Positions 1 through 9,766 of a stretch of 37,780 nucleotides of DNA are shown here, piece after piece. The notes below the pieces were generated by a model that was not told where the DNA came from, made no database searches, and saw only the letters and a list, made by a program, of their open reading frames with translations. The translations under genes and the position numbers were made by a program. The stretch is from the IMG/VR virus record IMGVR_UViG_3300004241_000313, positions 1 through 37,780 of that record. The stretch is one strand, 5' to 3'. The DNA comes from a virus. Lineage: Duplodnaviria > Caudoviricetes. Each line of letters opens with the position of its first letter. Position 1 is the stretch's first letter.

Positions 1-246
1 TTTATGCCTATGAACCTCGATTGCACGTTTTATTAAATCCCGTTTTTCATCATCATTTCTTGCTTGTAGCCAACCTTCATTACCTGTAACGTGATATTGT
101 TCAGCCAAGTGTGGCAAGGCATCTGATGGCACATTATCAATTATCGTCACTAAAAGGCAGGTCAAATCTATATTTGAGAATCTTTCATCTGCAATCGCAT
201 CTATTATTTTTAAATTCAAATCATTAATCGGAGTCAAATTACTCAT
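1..246 (-). CDS. Phage tail protein I (P2 gpI-like), 3'-truncated by window edge
   Basis: Manual translation from ATG at 246: MSNLTPINDLNLK...NVPSDALPHLAEQYHV...W...EKRDLIKRAIEVHRHK; follows baseplate J with an overlapping start. Confidence 0.85.
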   Translation of the reverse strand, partial: MSNLTPINDLNLKIIDAIADERFSNIDLTCLLVTIIDNVPSDALPHLAEQYHVTGNEGWLQARNDDEKRDLIKRAIEVHRHK

Positions 247-1348
247 TAGCGTACCCTCCGATTGTGATATCAAAATTCTTTAAATCAGCCCACTGATAAT
301 CAAGAATGTCTATATCAACTGGCGTTGTTAAATCAACTTTAAACACCCCATAAATGCTATTTAAAATAGAAATAATTTGAGTTCTGATAACATCTTTGCC
401 AAGTTTTTCAGCCAATGCAGTTTTGTATTCGATAAGTCTTGCATTAATAGTTGCCATAACGCTTGTTCTATCTGCATATGAGAACAAAACAATGCTTGCA
501 TTTAAGTTAAATTCGATTCTTTCAGGAGATTTAACTACAACCTTGTCAGTTAGCGGCCGAACTTTGTCATCGCTCAAATAAATTTGAACTATACTCAAGA
601 TTTCAGCAGAAGGATTGCCGGTTTTTGTTAAAGGATAAACTTCAACAACACCGGGACTTGGTGATAAAACGGCAACATCCGTAATACTTTGATGTGCGGA
701 TAAAGTATGGAAACGATAAGCTCCTTTACTTCCTGCATTTGAAAAACTTTCCGGTGCTTGGCGAATTCTTTCTCTCAAATTCTCGACATCTTCATCATCA
801 GCTCCGCCCGAACTTACAGTTATATTTTCAACTGCACTGATATATGAAAGCGGCGTAATTAAATCATTAATTGATTTTAGTGTGTAGTTATTCGCTGCAA
901 CTCCTGCTGTTTGGCAAACGGTTTCAATATCAATATACAATTCACCTGCTTTTAAAATTGCAACAGCAGTTGTTTCAAATACAAAAAGTTCATCTTTTGT
1001 GCCGACTTCTGCTCCTTGCGGAATAGTATAATCAAATTCAAGAGCTTCCTCGACAGAAAATCTCAAAGTCGTTGTCGCACAATCAGCAAGCAGTTTTGTG
1101 ACTCCCAAAGGTTCGCCTATATGCTCCAAAATATTGAGAGGTGCGTAGCTCAATAAATTTTCTTTTGCGATTTCTTGGATTTTAATTCTCAAAAGATTTT
1201 CACGGTACGCGCAGCTGTCAATCATCAATCTTTCAATTTGTGCAGGCTGTAAAATTTTGCCTGATTTGGTTTCATACAAATTAATCCATTCTTGGGTGAT
1301 TTTATTCGCATCACGTTCTATAAAATTCGGTTCAGGAAGTTGCGTCAT
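239..1348 (-). CDS. Baseplate J/gp47 family protein
   Basis: GGADDEDVENLRERI, AGSKGAY and VRPLTDKV motifs; position between gpW-like and gpI-like genes. Confidence 0.92.
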   Translation of the reverse strand: MTQLPEPNFIERDANKITQEWINLYETKSGKILQPAQIERLMIDSCAYRENLLRIKIQEIAKENLLSYAPLNILEHIGEPLGVTKLLADCATTTLRFSVEEALEFDYTIPQGAEVGTKDELFVFETTAVAILKAGELYIDIETVCQTAGVAANNYTLKSINDLITPLSYISAVENITVSSGGADDEDVENLRERIRQAPESFSNAGSKGAYRFHTLSAHQSITDVAVLSPSPGVVEVYPLTKTGNPSAEILSIVQIYLSDDKVRPLTDKVVVKSPERIEFNLNASIVLFSYADRTSVMATINARLIEYKTALAEKLGKDVIRTQIISILNSIYGVFKVDLTTPVDIDILDYQWADLKNFDITIGGYANE

Positions 1349-1707
1349 AGACTAACCTCCGCCGTTGATGAAGTAGAAGAATCTTCTTTTAAGCTCCATT
1401 GAACCTTTATATTCAAGTGAGTTTGATTAATTTCAATGCTTACAGAATCGACATTAACCCTTGTTTCCCAAAGATTTATTGCATCAATGACTTCTCTTGT
1501 AATGTTCGGTTTTGCGACATTTACAGGGGTATCAACGTATTTCAAAATATCCGAACCAAAAGTCGGGCGATGCGGAACAGAGCCCTTTTGTGTCGATAAA
1601 ATTACGGCAATGCATTGGTTAATATCCTCAATTCCCTCAGCAACAGAGCCGATTTCATTGAGTTTATATTGCCAATCTACATATTGAATTTCTGATAATG
1701 TTGTCAT
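1345..1707 (-). CDS. Baseplate wedge protein gpW/gp25 family
   Basis: ILSTQKGSVPHRPTFGS and WETRV motifs. Confidence 0.9.
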   Translation of the reverse strand: MTTLSEIQYVDWQYKLNEIGSVAEGIEDINQCIAVILSTQKGSVPHRPTFGSDILKYVDTPVNVAKPNITREVIDAINLWETRVNVDSVSIEINQTHLNIKVQWSLKEDSSTSSTAEVSL

Positions 1708-2216
1708 TACATAGCTCCATCAGGGGCAGAAGTAGGACTGCCCATATTTCCTGTGTGAGTGTGTGGGTTGTAAATATCACGCATTGCCTGCATTGAAGAT
1801 TTTTTGTCCGAAATATCTGCAGCAGAAGTTATGCCATCGGTGTTCTGAATTTTGCCTGTGTTTAAAATATCCGCAACAATATTGAGCGTTTTTGCAACGA
1901 TAGTAAGCATTTGAGTTTCTTTGTTGTATTCAATAAAACTGCCGTCTTCAAATTTTATAATGTGCTGATCCTTTGAAATCCCCGGAACCGAATCAACTCC
2001 GGTGTAAATTGCGCCAAGAATTACTCCGTCTTCTGAATCATCATCCATAAGGCAAGCAACCTGTTCGCCGACATCAACCATAGAGTAGAATTTGTCCTTG
2101 TTTGTTTTCTGTTGAAGCACAGGAAGCCAAAACGAAGTAATATCATCATCTGCAAACTGCACACGAGCCTTTGCCGTCAGCGGATTTATGTTAGTAACAA
2201 CGCCGAATTTTAGCAC
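1707..2216 (-). CDS. Baseplate spike protein gpV
   Basis: ARVQF...SFWLPV OB-fold start, VGEQV..L....GVILGAIY, C-terminal HTH (HxH) metal motif. Confidence 0.92.
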   Translation of the reverse strand: MLKFGVVTNINPLTAKARVQFADDDITSFWLPVLQQKTNKDKFYSMVDVGEQVACLMDDDSEDGVILGAIYTGVDSVPGISKDQHIIKFEDGSFIEYNKETQMLTIVAKTLNIVADILNTGKIQNTDGITSAADISDKKSSMQAMRDIYNPHTHTGNMGSPTSAPDGAM

Positions 2217-3178
2217 GATGCCACCTCCAAACTTGTTGCATATCCTGAACTGCGGTCAATTGTGTGGCGAGCTTCTTTAATATGATATTTGCCTGAGAAG
2301 TAGCCCAAGTCTTTCAATTCAACATTCAAGCCTGCGACAAGATAAGGGTTTCCACACATATCGATTGAACCCTCAATGGTATCTTTGCCTTTAGTAAGTG
2401 CTGCTTTTGCTTTTAAAAGTGCCTGCTGTTTATTTTCGCAGCGGACATTTAATTTTAAAGTGTCGCCTTTTACGCAGTTTTGATTTTTAGCAGTTGCAGT
2501 TACCTTTTTGCCTGTTTTTGGATTGTGGTAGCTGACCGTTACTGATTTATAATTTTTACTTGTTTTTTCTGACAAATTAATCCTTGATAATTCATTGCGG
2601 TACAAGATTTTTGCAGCATTTGCATTAACAAGTTTTTCGGTTTTATAAAAAACAAGATTACCTTCTGCGATTTTGAAAATATATCCGTATTGTTCCGCAA
2701 GTTTTTTCAAGAATGTTAAATCACGTTCTTGGTTTTGAGTAATTCGCTCAACTTTCACATCTTCAATTGAACCGACAAGCTTGAGGCTGTGACGTTTTGC
2801 TATTTCTGATGCAATCTGTTTTAATGTTTTATTTTCATAAGCAATAGAATTATTTTGTCTTAAAGGTTTTTTAATCCCTGTCGCAATCGCTTTTACAATC
2901 AGAGTATCAGGCGGAGTTTCAAACTCAATTTCATCAATTTCAAATAATCCGCAGTTTAGAAGTTTTTCGCCTTCATAGCCGATAAATAATCTTAGCGAAT
3001 CACCTTTACTTGGAATCCAGGCATTTTGCCAAAGTTTCTCTGAATCCTCAAAAGTAATAGAAATTTCATCACTTTGTCCGTGTTCAAAATCAGTGTATTC
3101 AATATTTACAACGTAATTTGAAACATCTTTTGTGATGTCTTTTTTATTATATTCAAGTTTAAATGTTGGTTTTAACAT
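2210..3178 (-). CDS. Baseplate hub / late control D family protein
   Basis: SDEISITF, Q..E.DL.FL..LAE.YG, G.Y.I....H motifs; position. Confidence 0.9.
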   Translation of the reverse strand: MLKPTFKLEYNKKDITKDVSNYVVNIEYTDFEHGQSDEISITFEDSEKLWQNAWIPSKGDSLRLFIGYEGEKLLNCGLFEIDEIEFETPPDTLIVKAIATGIKKPLRQNNSIAYENKTLKQIASEIAKRHSLKLVGSIEDVKVERITQNQERDLTFLKKLAEQYGYIFKIAEGNLVFYKTEKLVNANAAKILYRNELSRINLSEKTSKNYKSVTVSYHNPKTGKKVTATAKNQNCVKGDTLKLNVRCENKQQALLKAKAALTKGKDTIEGSIDMCGNPYLVAGLNVELKDLGYFSGKYHIKEARHTIDRSSGYATSLEVASC

Positions 3179-3393
3179 TAACTTCTCCAGGGTGGTAGTT
3201 CAAAGGTGATTTCGTTATTTGCATCAAGCACCGGTATTTTTAGCTTTATGCCGGATTCAAGAGTTGGGGTAATTGGGATTGAGGGGTTTGCCTGAATAAT
3301 GACTTCATACTTGGTCGCATCCTGATAAAATTTGTATGCAATCGAATCCCATCGGTCATTGTCTTTTGTAATGTAGGAGTAGAATTCCGTCAT
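3178..3393 (-). CDS. Tail protein X (LysM-like)
   Basis: YITKDNDRWDSIAYKFY...IIQANP...LPPW. Confidence 0.88.
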   Translation of the reverse strand: MTEFYSYITKDNDRWDSIAYKFYQDATKYEVIIQANPSIPITPTLESGIKLKIPVLDANNEITFELPPWRS

Positions 3394-3809
3394 TTCTTTT
3401 TCATTCCTCCCTGCTTTTGTTTTTTCTCAGGGATTTTCCCCGTGTATTCCCGAAGCTTCAAATCGACCTGCAACGAAATCAAATCACCTTCTTTGCTTGT
3501 CTGCTCGGTTGTAGAAATAATTTCAGACAAAACGAAAACACCAACATACTCGCCGTTTCCTTTTATGAATTTCAGCGGTTCGGCTTTATTTGCGACAGTT
3601 TTTAACTTTTTAATTTCATCTTCAGGGACACAAAAAGAGTTATGAAAATTGAGCTTGATATTTTGTTCTTGCAAATTCATTCCCATAAACTGCAAAACAG
3701 GTTTGTTGTTAATCCGCTCATGTTCAGCGTAATTGTACGAAACTGTTTCTTCGATGCCGTTAAAGTATGTTATCAATTCAAATTGAATATCGCCAAGTTG
3801 TGCAAACAT
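3390..3809 (-). CDS. Tail protein gpU family
   Basis: MFAQLGDIQF, YAEH.RI..KPVLQFMG, L.LREY motifs. Confidence 0.88.
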   Translation of the reverse strand: MFAQLGDIQFELITYFNGIEETVSYNYAEHERINNKPVLQFMGMNLQEQNIKLNFHNSFCVPEDEIKKLKTVANKAEPLKFIKGNGEYVGVFVLSEIISTTEQTSKEGDLISLQVDLKLREYTGKIPEKKQKQGGMKKK

Positions 3810-6250
3810 TAGTACGCCAACCTCATTTTTCTTTCGTTTTCTTTTCTTACCATAGTGAGAATTTCTTCTTTATGTTTTTTGAGCAATGCAAGAAAATCAT
3901 CTTTTACACCCTGTTTTGCACCTGACATTGTAATAATAGGGTTGTAGTGTATGACTGTTGAACCGCCGCCGGAGTTTACTCCTCTTGATTGGGCTTTTAA
4001 GGGGAGTGATTTGAAGCTCAATGCCTTGTTCATCGCAGCAACAATCGGCAACGGTTTTATTGCAGATGCAATAGTTTCTGAAATTTTCACTTTGTGCAAA
4101 TCTTTCAACGGACCAGTTTTCGCAGGAGAATGAGGCAGATGATCTCTAATGATTTGAGCGTGTTTATTTATTGCAGCTTGGGTTTTGCCGGTTTTACTTA
4201 ACAGTCCGAATGTCAGCATATCGCCGATTTTTGCTCCAAACCCGAACGCTTTTTGAACAAGGTTTGCAAGTTTGAGGATAATATTGGCAATGGCTTTGCC
4301 GAATTTAACGCCCATTTTTTCTGCGGCACCTCCGACATCATCAACAGGAGTGAAGAGTTTTTTAAGCCAGTCAAAAACAGCTTTTATCGGCTTTGTTATT
4401 GGTTCAAGTGCTTGTGCTAATTTATTGAACACAGGCATCAAAGGTGCCAAACCTTCTTTTAAACCTTGAAAAACACCTTTGAAAAATCCTGTAATAGGCT
4501 TCCAATATTTGTAAATAACAAAAGCAACGCCTGCGATTGCAAGTGCAATCCAGCCCAAAGGAGAAGCCAGAAGAGTCAATGAAAACGCACGGAATGAAAC
4601 TATTGCGGTTCTAATCATTGATGGGATTGATAAAAAGCCTGATTTAAAAGATTTTAAGCCGTTCATAAAATTTGATGGAATCGCTCTGACTGAAGTTACA
4701 GTCCAATCTTTTAGCGCAATTGTAGATTTCAAAATATTTGACGGCAGTGCCTTAAAAGAATTTCTCAAGTCATTGTCAATTCTTCTGATATCAGCACCAA
4801 AGCCTAAAAGAACGTGTTTAGGCAAATCCAAGCCTAATTTGTTTCCTGCTTTGAACATATTAAAAGCATTGTTTAAGCTGTGGGAAGAAGAATTCAGCCC
4901 CATAAATTCCAAAAGGGCCACGGAATTTTTAATCAAAACAGGAGTCAATTCTCGTGCTTTTTCTAAAAAAGTACAGTAAAAACCAATGAGTTTTCCGGTT
5001 AACATTGTACCGGCACCAAGCAAAGTAAGTGCAAGCCCTGCACCAATTGTGCCGATAATCATATTGAACAATCCTTTTTGCATTGCAGGATTAGAATTAA
5101 TCTTGGTAAATAAATCGTTCAAGGCTTTTAACGGTGCGTGAAGATTAGGGAAAACAAGCTCTTTCATGTTTATGCGAAGCTGTTTCCACTGCTCATTTGT
5201 AGTTGTCATCATATTGGTAAAATCGCTGTCGATAATACCTGAAGCGCCAAGAGCTGATGATTTAATCCTTTTATATTCATCCAAATTCTGAAGCATTGGT
5301 TTTATAAAAGAAAGAACCTGCTTGTCCTGAAAGACTTCTGAAACTTTAAAAATATCGCCCTTGCTTGCTTTGTTCATAACATCTATGACTTCAAGTATCG
5401 GGTCTTTACCTTGTTTGGCTGCATCTACCAAAACATTTTTCAAGTTGATGCCGAATGTGTCTTTGAAGTTTTTAACAGCAAGTGGAGATGTTACTTTTTG
5501 AATAAAGTTTTCTAAGTTGTTCGCAGCTTCAGATGCATCACCTGCACCTTTCATTGCAATTTGAAGAGCCGCACCAAGTGATGCAACCGCAGGAACACCT
5601 TTCATTCCAAGCATACTGGCACCTGCCGTTAAACTAGGAAACGCTGATGCCATATCTTTTAATTCAAATCGCCCTTCTTTTCCTGATTGAGCAAGAATAT
5701 CCATGGATTTAGAAAGGTCTTTAACCGGCACTTTTAAGTTGTCGGACACAGAAAAAGCAGTTTTAGAAATATCAATAATCGCCGCTTGCTCTGCTGTTGC
5801 AGTTTTGCCGATTACATTCATATAATCAAGTGCTTTTGTCGGGTCTACACCTGAAGCTACAAGAACGTTCAAACCCTCAATAATTTCGGGGCGATATTGG
5901 TTTGTATATTTTGAAATTTGCCCCAGTTTTTCGTCCATATTGGTAATTTGTTTTGCAGTCAATTCGCCAACATTTCCAAGTTCCCTGAGACGGTGCTCCA
6001 TTTCAAAAGCCTCTTGAATTGCATCTGTCATACCTAATTGATGAGCGATCCCAACTCCTGCAGCAGTGAGTCCTGCACCTGCGGTTGCAATCTTTTTACC
6101 CATTTCATCAAACATTCTTGAGGTTTCTTTTATTTCATTTTGGAGTTTTTGAAATTCTGTTTCGGATTTTTTTACAGCATCTTTGATTACCCTCGACATT
6201 TTATCGATGGCGACAAGCGTTAATGAAATTTTCATCATATTGTCTATCAT
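3809..6250 (-). CDS. Tail tape measure protein
   Basis: 813 aa Ala/Gly-rich protein with TP901-type core (GKEGRFELKDMA, EAANNLENF), hydrophobic segments, PHSPAKTGPL; follows tail chaperone. Confidence 0.93.
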   Translation of the reverse strand: MIDNMMKISLTLVAIDKMSRVIKDAVKKSETEFQKLQNEIKETSRMFDEMGKKIATAGAGLTAAGVGIAHQLGMTDAIQEAFEMEHRLRELGNVGELTAKQITNMDEKLGQISKYTNQYRPEIIEGLNVLVASGVDPTKALDYMNVIGKTATAEQAAIIDISKTAFSVSDNLKVPVKDLSKSMDILAQSGKEGRFELKDMASAFPSLTAGASMLGMKGVPAVASLGAALQIAMKGAGDASEAANNLENFIQKVTSPLAVKNFKDTFGINLKNVLVDAAKQGKDPILEVIDVMNKASKGDIFKVSEVFQDKQVLSFIKPMLQNLDEYKRIKSSALGASGIIDSDFTNMMTTTNEQWKQLRINMKELVFPNLHAPLKALNDLFTKINSNPAMQKGLFNMIIGTIGAGLALTLLGAGTMLTGKLIGFYCTFLEKARELTPVLIKNSVALLEFMGLNSSSHSLNNAFNMFKAGNKLGLDLPKHVLLGFGADIRRIDNDLRNSFKALPSNILKSTIALKDWTVTSVRAIPSNFMNGLKSFKSGFLSIPSMIRTAIVSFRAFSLTLLASPLGWIALAIAGVAFVIYKYWKPITGFFKGVFQGLKEGLAPLMPVFNKLAQALEPITKPIKAVFDWLKKLFTPVDDVGGAAEKMGVKFGKAIANIILKLANLVQKAFGFGAKIGDMLTFGLLSKTGKTQAAINKHAQIIRDHLPHSPAKTGPLKDLHKVKISETIASAIKPLPIVAAMNKALSFKSLPLKAQSRGVNSGGGSTVIHYNPIITMSGAKQGVKDDFLALLKKHKEEILTMVRKENERKMRLAY

Positions 6251-6419
6251 TGATTTTCAAACATTTCCTCTATATTGTCAGAGTGCTTTTTGCTATATTT
6301 CATAGCTTCAAGCACCCAAAACTCTAACGTATCCAGGGGCATTTCTTTTAAATCTGAATAACTCCAACCTGTAATTTTTGAAAGATGGATTATGCATTCT
6401 GCACTGATGGCTGTAACTT
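6247..6419 (-). CDS. Tail assembly chaperone C-terminal extension (GpE'/GT-like), reached by -1 frameshift
   Basis: The -1 frame after GGGGAAG reads EVTAISAECIIHLSKITGWSYSDLKEMPLDTLEFWVLEA...ENQ*; its TGA overlaps the tape measure ATG; absent from the ORF track. Confidence 0.8.
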
Positions 6420-6641
6420 CCCCGAAATAGCACCTTGAAGGTTGATTACATCTTCAATTGGCAGTTCCAAAATGTCCTCGTAAACAAGGAAATTGCCGTC
6501 TATTTCGCAAAGTTCTGCAATCAAAGCGTATGGAATTTCATCCGAAGTTTTTGCTTTTTTCTGTGCGTTCAAAAGGTCAAGCCCTTTGCCGTCTTTAACT
6601 ATTGCGATTTTGCCATCTGATAATGTGATTTCTTTTGCCAT
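6390..6641 (-). CDS. Tail assembly chaperone (GpE/gp41-like)
   Basis: Small acidic protein between tube and tape measure genes; LIAELC...EDILELPIED pattern. Confidence 0.82.
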   Translation of the reverse strand: MAKEITLSDGKIAIVKDGKGLDLLNAQKKAKTSDEIPYALIAELCEIDGNFLVYEDILELPIEDVINLQGAISGKLQPSVQNA

Positions 6642-6642
6642 T

Positions 6643-7164
6643 TTATGCTCCTATATTTTTCTTAAATGTTTCTAACATATCGACTAGGTTTACTTTGTAG
6701 ATGTTTTCAAGAACATCTATTTCAAAGATTTCTACTTTGTTTACTACTAATTTTGCGTAGGTAACAGACATTGTGGTTTCGTATTCTGCGTTGTCGTGTG
6801 GTTTGATAGTGCCAAGCGGAAATTCTTTAAAAGTTCCAATAATAAAAGCCGTTGCAGGAACTTCTTCAATTCGCCCTTGCCCGTTGTAGGTTTCAAGTGA
6901 AGCCCTGACCTGAATCATTGCAGCGGTAAAAGGAGTTGCAGCAGCAAGCAAAACTTCAGGATAAAGTGCGTTCCACTTAATTTTGCATTCAAGTTTTTCT
7001 ATCCCTGAAAAGAATTCAGCCGAACCAACCATTCCGAGTGCTTTATGCTCCGCCATTTTGTGTTTAATCTGCGGAAGCTGAACTTCTTCTGCTCGGCCCA
7101 AAAGATTTACACCGTTCATATAAACATTGGCGTTGGTTAATTTATTAATTTTTATCTTGCTCAT
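6643..7164 (-). CDS. Major tail tube protein (P2 FII-like)
   Basis: NANVYMNG..LLGRAEEVQLP and EIDVLENIYKVN motifs; start reset to ATG 7164, which has an AAGGA RBS. Confidence 0.92.
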   Translation of the reverse strand: MSKIKINKLTNANVYMNGVNLLGRAEEVQLPQIKHKMAEHKALGMVGSAEFFSGIEKLECKIKWNALYPEVLLAAATPFTAAMIQVRASLETYNGQGRIEEVPATAFIIGTFKEFPLGTIKPHDNAEYETTMSVTYAKLVVNKVEIFEIDVLENIYKVNLVDMLETFKKNIGA

Positions 7165-7165
7165 G

Positions 7166-7348
7166 TTATTTTCCTTTTTGGTACAATCCGCACTCACCTA
7201 TTGCAATGTCTGAGTAGTGGAGTATTACTATTTCTTGGCTGATGGCTTGGATTAGTGGGCATTTCTCTACGTTTTTACATTTGTGGCAGAGGTCATAGTC
7301 TTCGCAATTTATTTCAAGTCGCCCTTTTTTATTAATATCTGCTCTCAT
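7166..7348 (-). CDS. Small Cys-rich hypothetical protein
   Basis: 60 aa; start overlaps sheath stop and stop is 1 nt from tube start; C-x5-C-x2-C-x5-C plus a fifth Cys. Confidence 0.65.
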   Translation of the reverse strand: MRADINKKGRLEINCEDYDLCHKCKNVEKCPLIQAISQEIVILHYSDIAIGECGLYQKGK

Positions 7349-8577
7349 TACGTTCCAAGCGATTTTAAAAGTTCAATATCAATGAAGCTTTCAAAAGTAA
7401 TTCGCTCCGCAGGAGTTGGAGGCATAAACTCAACATCAAAGAGTAAATGTCCGTTTGCGATTTCTGTGACAGGATTTTTATCAGGGTTGTAGTAGCATTT
7501 GCCATCAATCAATGCACCACGCCCGATTAAGGTTCTAATAAAAGCATTCACCGATTCTGAAATTGAATCGATTAATCCGTTATCAATAGGGAAATCGATA
7601 AATTGCAACATTGAGTATTCAACACTTTCATGGAGAATATCCGCTGTTCGTCTTACATTGATAAAGTTTGTCGGATGAGTTGAAGCAGGGAACGCAGCCG
7701 AACGGTTGCCCCAAGTTCTGAACCCAGAGCCGTAAGAATTGAAAACGGTTAAAATTCCTGCTTCGTTCAAGGTGTTAACCTCGCTTGTCGGGTCATTTAT
7801 CATTGAAGTTAATTGTTTTTCAACTCCGACAATTCCGTTGATTTCAGTATTTGAAGGCGACCAGTGATAGCCTTTATTGACATCCTTTGCTGCGATAACA
7901 CCTGCAAGTCTTTGAGAATAAGGCTGCAAAATATTTGTGTCTAATTCTGAATCATAGACTTTTAAATGCGGATAGCAAAGAATTACTCTATCAGAGGAAG
8001 TGTTGAAGTTGATTGTGCCTTCTGGTCCTCTTCCGGTAATTGCTTCCTGAACGGTTGTTCCGATTGGGGCATCAACCAATCCGATTGCTCTGATTTTGTC
8101 GCAGATAGCTTTCATTTGAGATACCACTGCTGTTTCTTCACAGAAAACAGGAGCGATAATTGTTTTTGGAAAATACCCAAAAAGCGAGTAGCAATCTTCA
8201 AAGGCTTTCATCCCTTTTCTTTTGCCTGTAAGGGTATCGACTCCTCCGTTAATGTCCCCGATAGTTACATCAGAAACGCTTTGATGTTTCGCCGGATCAA
8301 AGACGTTTATAACAATCACAACACCTGCACCCTGGTCGAAAATTGATTGCAGGGCTTGAGGAATTGTATAGCCAGAAGTCTGTTCGCCAAAATATTTGAC
8401 CGCATCGATTTCGTTCAAAATCAAAGTCGGTTCGTTGATAGTTCTATATTCTGCTGCTACCCATGAAATCGGAGCAGTTCCTACAAGTCCAACAATCGCA
8501 GTTTTAACTGTTTTTATCGTTCTTGCACCCTTTTGTATTTCTATGGTTTCAACACCGTGTAAAAAACTAGCCGGCAT
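7348..8577 (-). CDS. Tail sheath protein (P2 FI-like)
   Basis: FLHGVETIE, GYHWSPSN, GFRTWGNRS, FINVRRTAD, PPTPAERITF motifs. Confidence 0.95.
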   Translation of the reverse strand: MPASFLHGVETIEIQKGARTIKTVKTAIVGLVGTAPISWVAAEYRTINEPTLILNEIDAVKYFGEQTSGYTIPQALQSIFDQGAGVVIVINVFDPAKHQSVSDVTIGDINGGVDTLTGKRKGMKAFEDCYSLFGYFPKTIIAPVFCEETAVVSQMKAICDKIRAIGLVDAPIGTTVQEAITGRGPEGTINFNTSSDRVILCYPHLKVYDSELDTNILQPYSQRLAGVIAAKDVNKGYHWSPSNTEINGIVGVEKQLTSMINDPTSEVNTLNEAGILTVFNSYGSGFRTWGNRSAAFPASTHPTNFINVRRTADILHESVEYSMLQFIDFPIDNGLIDSISESVNAFIRTLIGRGALIDGKCYYNPDKNPVTEIANGHLLFDVEFMPPTPAERITFESFIDIELLKSLGT

Positions 8578-9001
8578 TTATACCTCCTTCTTCTAAGTCT
8601 TCAACGCTTGGAGTGGTAAGCGTAAATGTGATTTCATACTGCCAAATACCGCTAATCTCAGACAAAAAGCCTTCTTTTACAGGGGTTAATTTTGAGCAGC
8701 CTACCATTTTATATCCGCACAAAACTTGTTTAATTTTGTCTAAAACTTCATATGTACCGTTATTAGAACGGAGGTTACGAGTGACAATAGTTAAAGCAAA
8801 GTCCATTTTTTTATCCTGAGAAATGAACCCAAGTGCATCTGTAGTTGAATAATTTCCGCCACGATAATGAACAAGAATTGCACCGACAGGATGAAGCAAG
8901 GTAAATTCCTGCGGTTTTTCAGGAAAGCCCTGAACCAACAAGTTAGAAAAATTAGGTTTTAATTTTTCAATTATGGAATTTTCTATTTCGCTAATATTCA
9001 T
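8567..9001 (-). CDS. Mu gp37-like tail terminator/neck protein
   Basis: HPVGAILVHYRG and GIWQYEI motifs; position. Confidence 0.8.
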   Translation of the reverse strand: MNISEIENSIIEKLKPNFSNLLVQGFPEKPQEFTLLHPVGAILVHYRGGNYSTTDALGFISQDKKMDFALTIVTRNLRSNNGTYEVLDKIKQVLCGYKMVGCSKLTPVKEGFLSEISGIWQYEITFTLTTPSVEDLEEGGINAG

Positions 9002-9425
9002 CCATTTTCCTTTTATTAAATAGCCTGTCTAATTCTGCTTTGTTAGTGCGATATTGACCGTTTTGCAAAGTCTGATTGTCTTGGGTTTCAAGAGTAATGA
9101 TTCCTTTTTGCAAGTTTTCAAGAGTTTTAATCGCATTTTTGTACGCATCGCAAACCACTTCAGGAATTTCTGTCATAATTCTGCGAGAATACAGCCTGTA
9201 AATGCTCAAATCCATTGCTACTACTCGAAGTAAAGGAAAGTGGGTATTGAGAGGTAGATTGTATCTTCCTCTCAAATACCCATCGATTAGGGTTGAGGAG
9301 TAGAGTATGGCTTCCTCACAAACAACTGTTCCAATGGTGTCTTGCTCGCAGTTGTCGTTCGTCAGCTGGATTAGGGGTTCTTTTCCAATTTGTATTTCAA
9401 TGTCTTCAGCGGTGCAGTAAAACAT
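8991..9425 (-). CDS. Mu gp36-like (DUF1320) head-tail adaptor
   Basis: YCT..D, IDGYLRGRYNLPL, D..IYRLY.RR, Y..AI..L motifs. Confidence 0.9.
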   Translation of the reverse strand: MFYCTAEDIEIQIGKEPLIQLTNDNCEQDTIGTVVCEEAILYSSTLIDGYLRGRYNLPLNTHFPLLRVVAMDLSIYRLYSRRIMTEIPEVVCDAYKNAIKTLENLQKGIITLETQDNQTLQNGQYRTNKAELDRLFNKRKMDEY

Positions 9426-9766
9426 TAAATACCTCTTACGATTCTAATGATTTCGCCTTCCGCAGATGCTGCATCTTGAGCATAGCCGTTTATTTTTTGA
9501 GCTTCTGAAGCTACAATTGCCCTGCCTGATGCGTCTGAAGTTATTGCTGTACCTTGAGTAATTGCACCGCCCGATTCAATTAGCAGAATCCCTATAACTC
9601 CAATTGGTGCTTGTTGCCCGGCATCTGTTTCAACATCGCAAACGCCGATAGCTTTGGCTCCTGCTGTACAAATTCCGCCGTCAAATCCGACAAATCTGTG
9701 TTTTGGCAGATTTGTTGATGCTTTTACTGAGTCCATTAATAGAGGTTTGTATAATTTTTGTGCCAT
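9425..9766 (-). CDS. Capsid cement/decoration protein (DUF2190-like)
   Basis: Gly/Ala-rich, ESGGAITQGTAITSDASGRA...G.A..AA..GEII. Confidence 0.75.
   Translation of the reverse strand: MAQKLYKPLLMDSVKASTNLPKHRFVGFDGGICTAGAKAIGVCDVETDAGQQAPIGVIGILLIESGGAITQGTAITSDASGRAIVASEAQKINGYAQDAASAEGEIIRIVRGI

Noticed and set aside
1-9425. Tailocin/eCIS interpretation of the contractile tail cluster
   Set aside because: Capsid, protease, portal, terminase and transposase genes are all present and appear intact.
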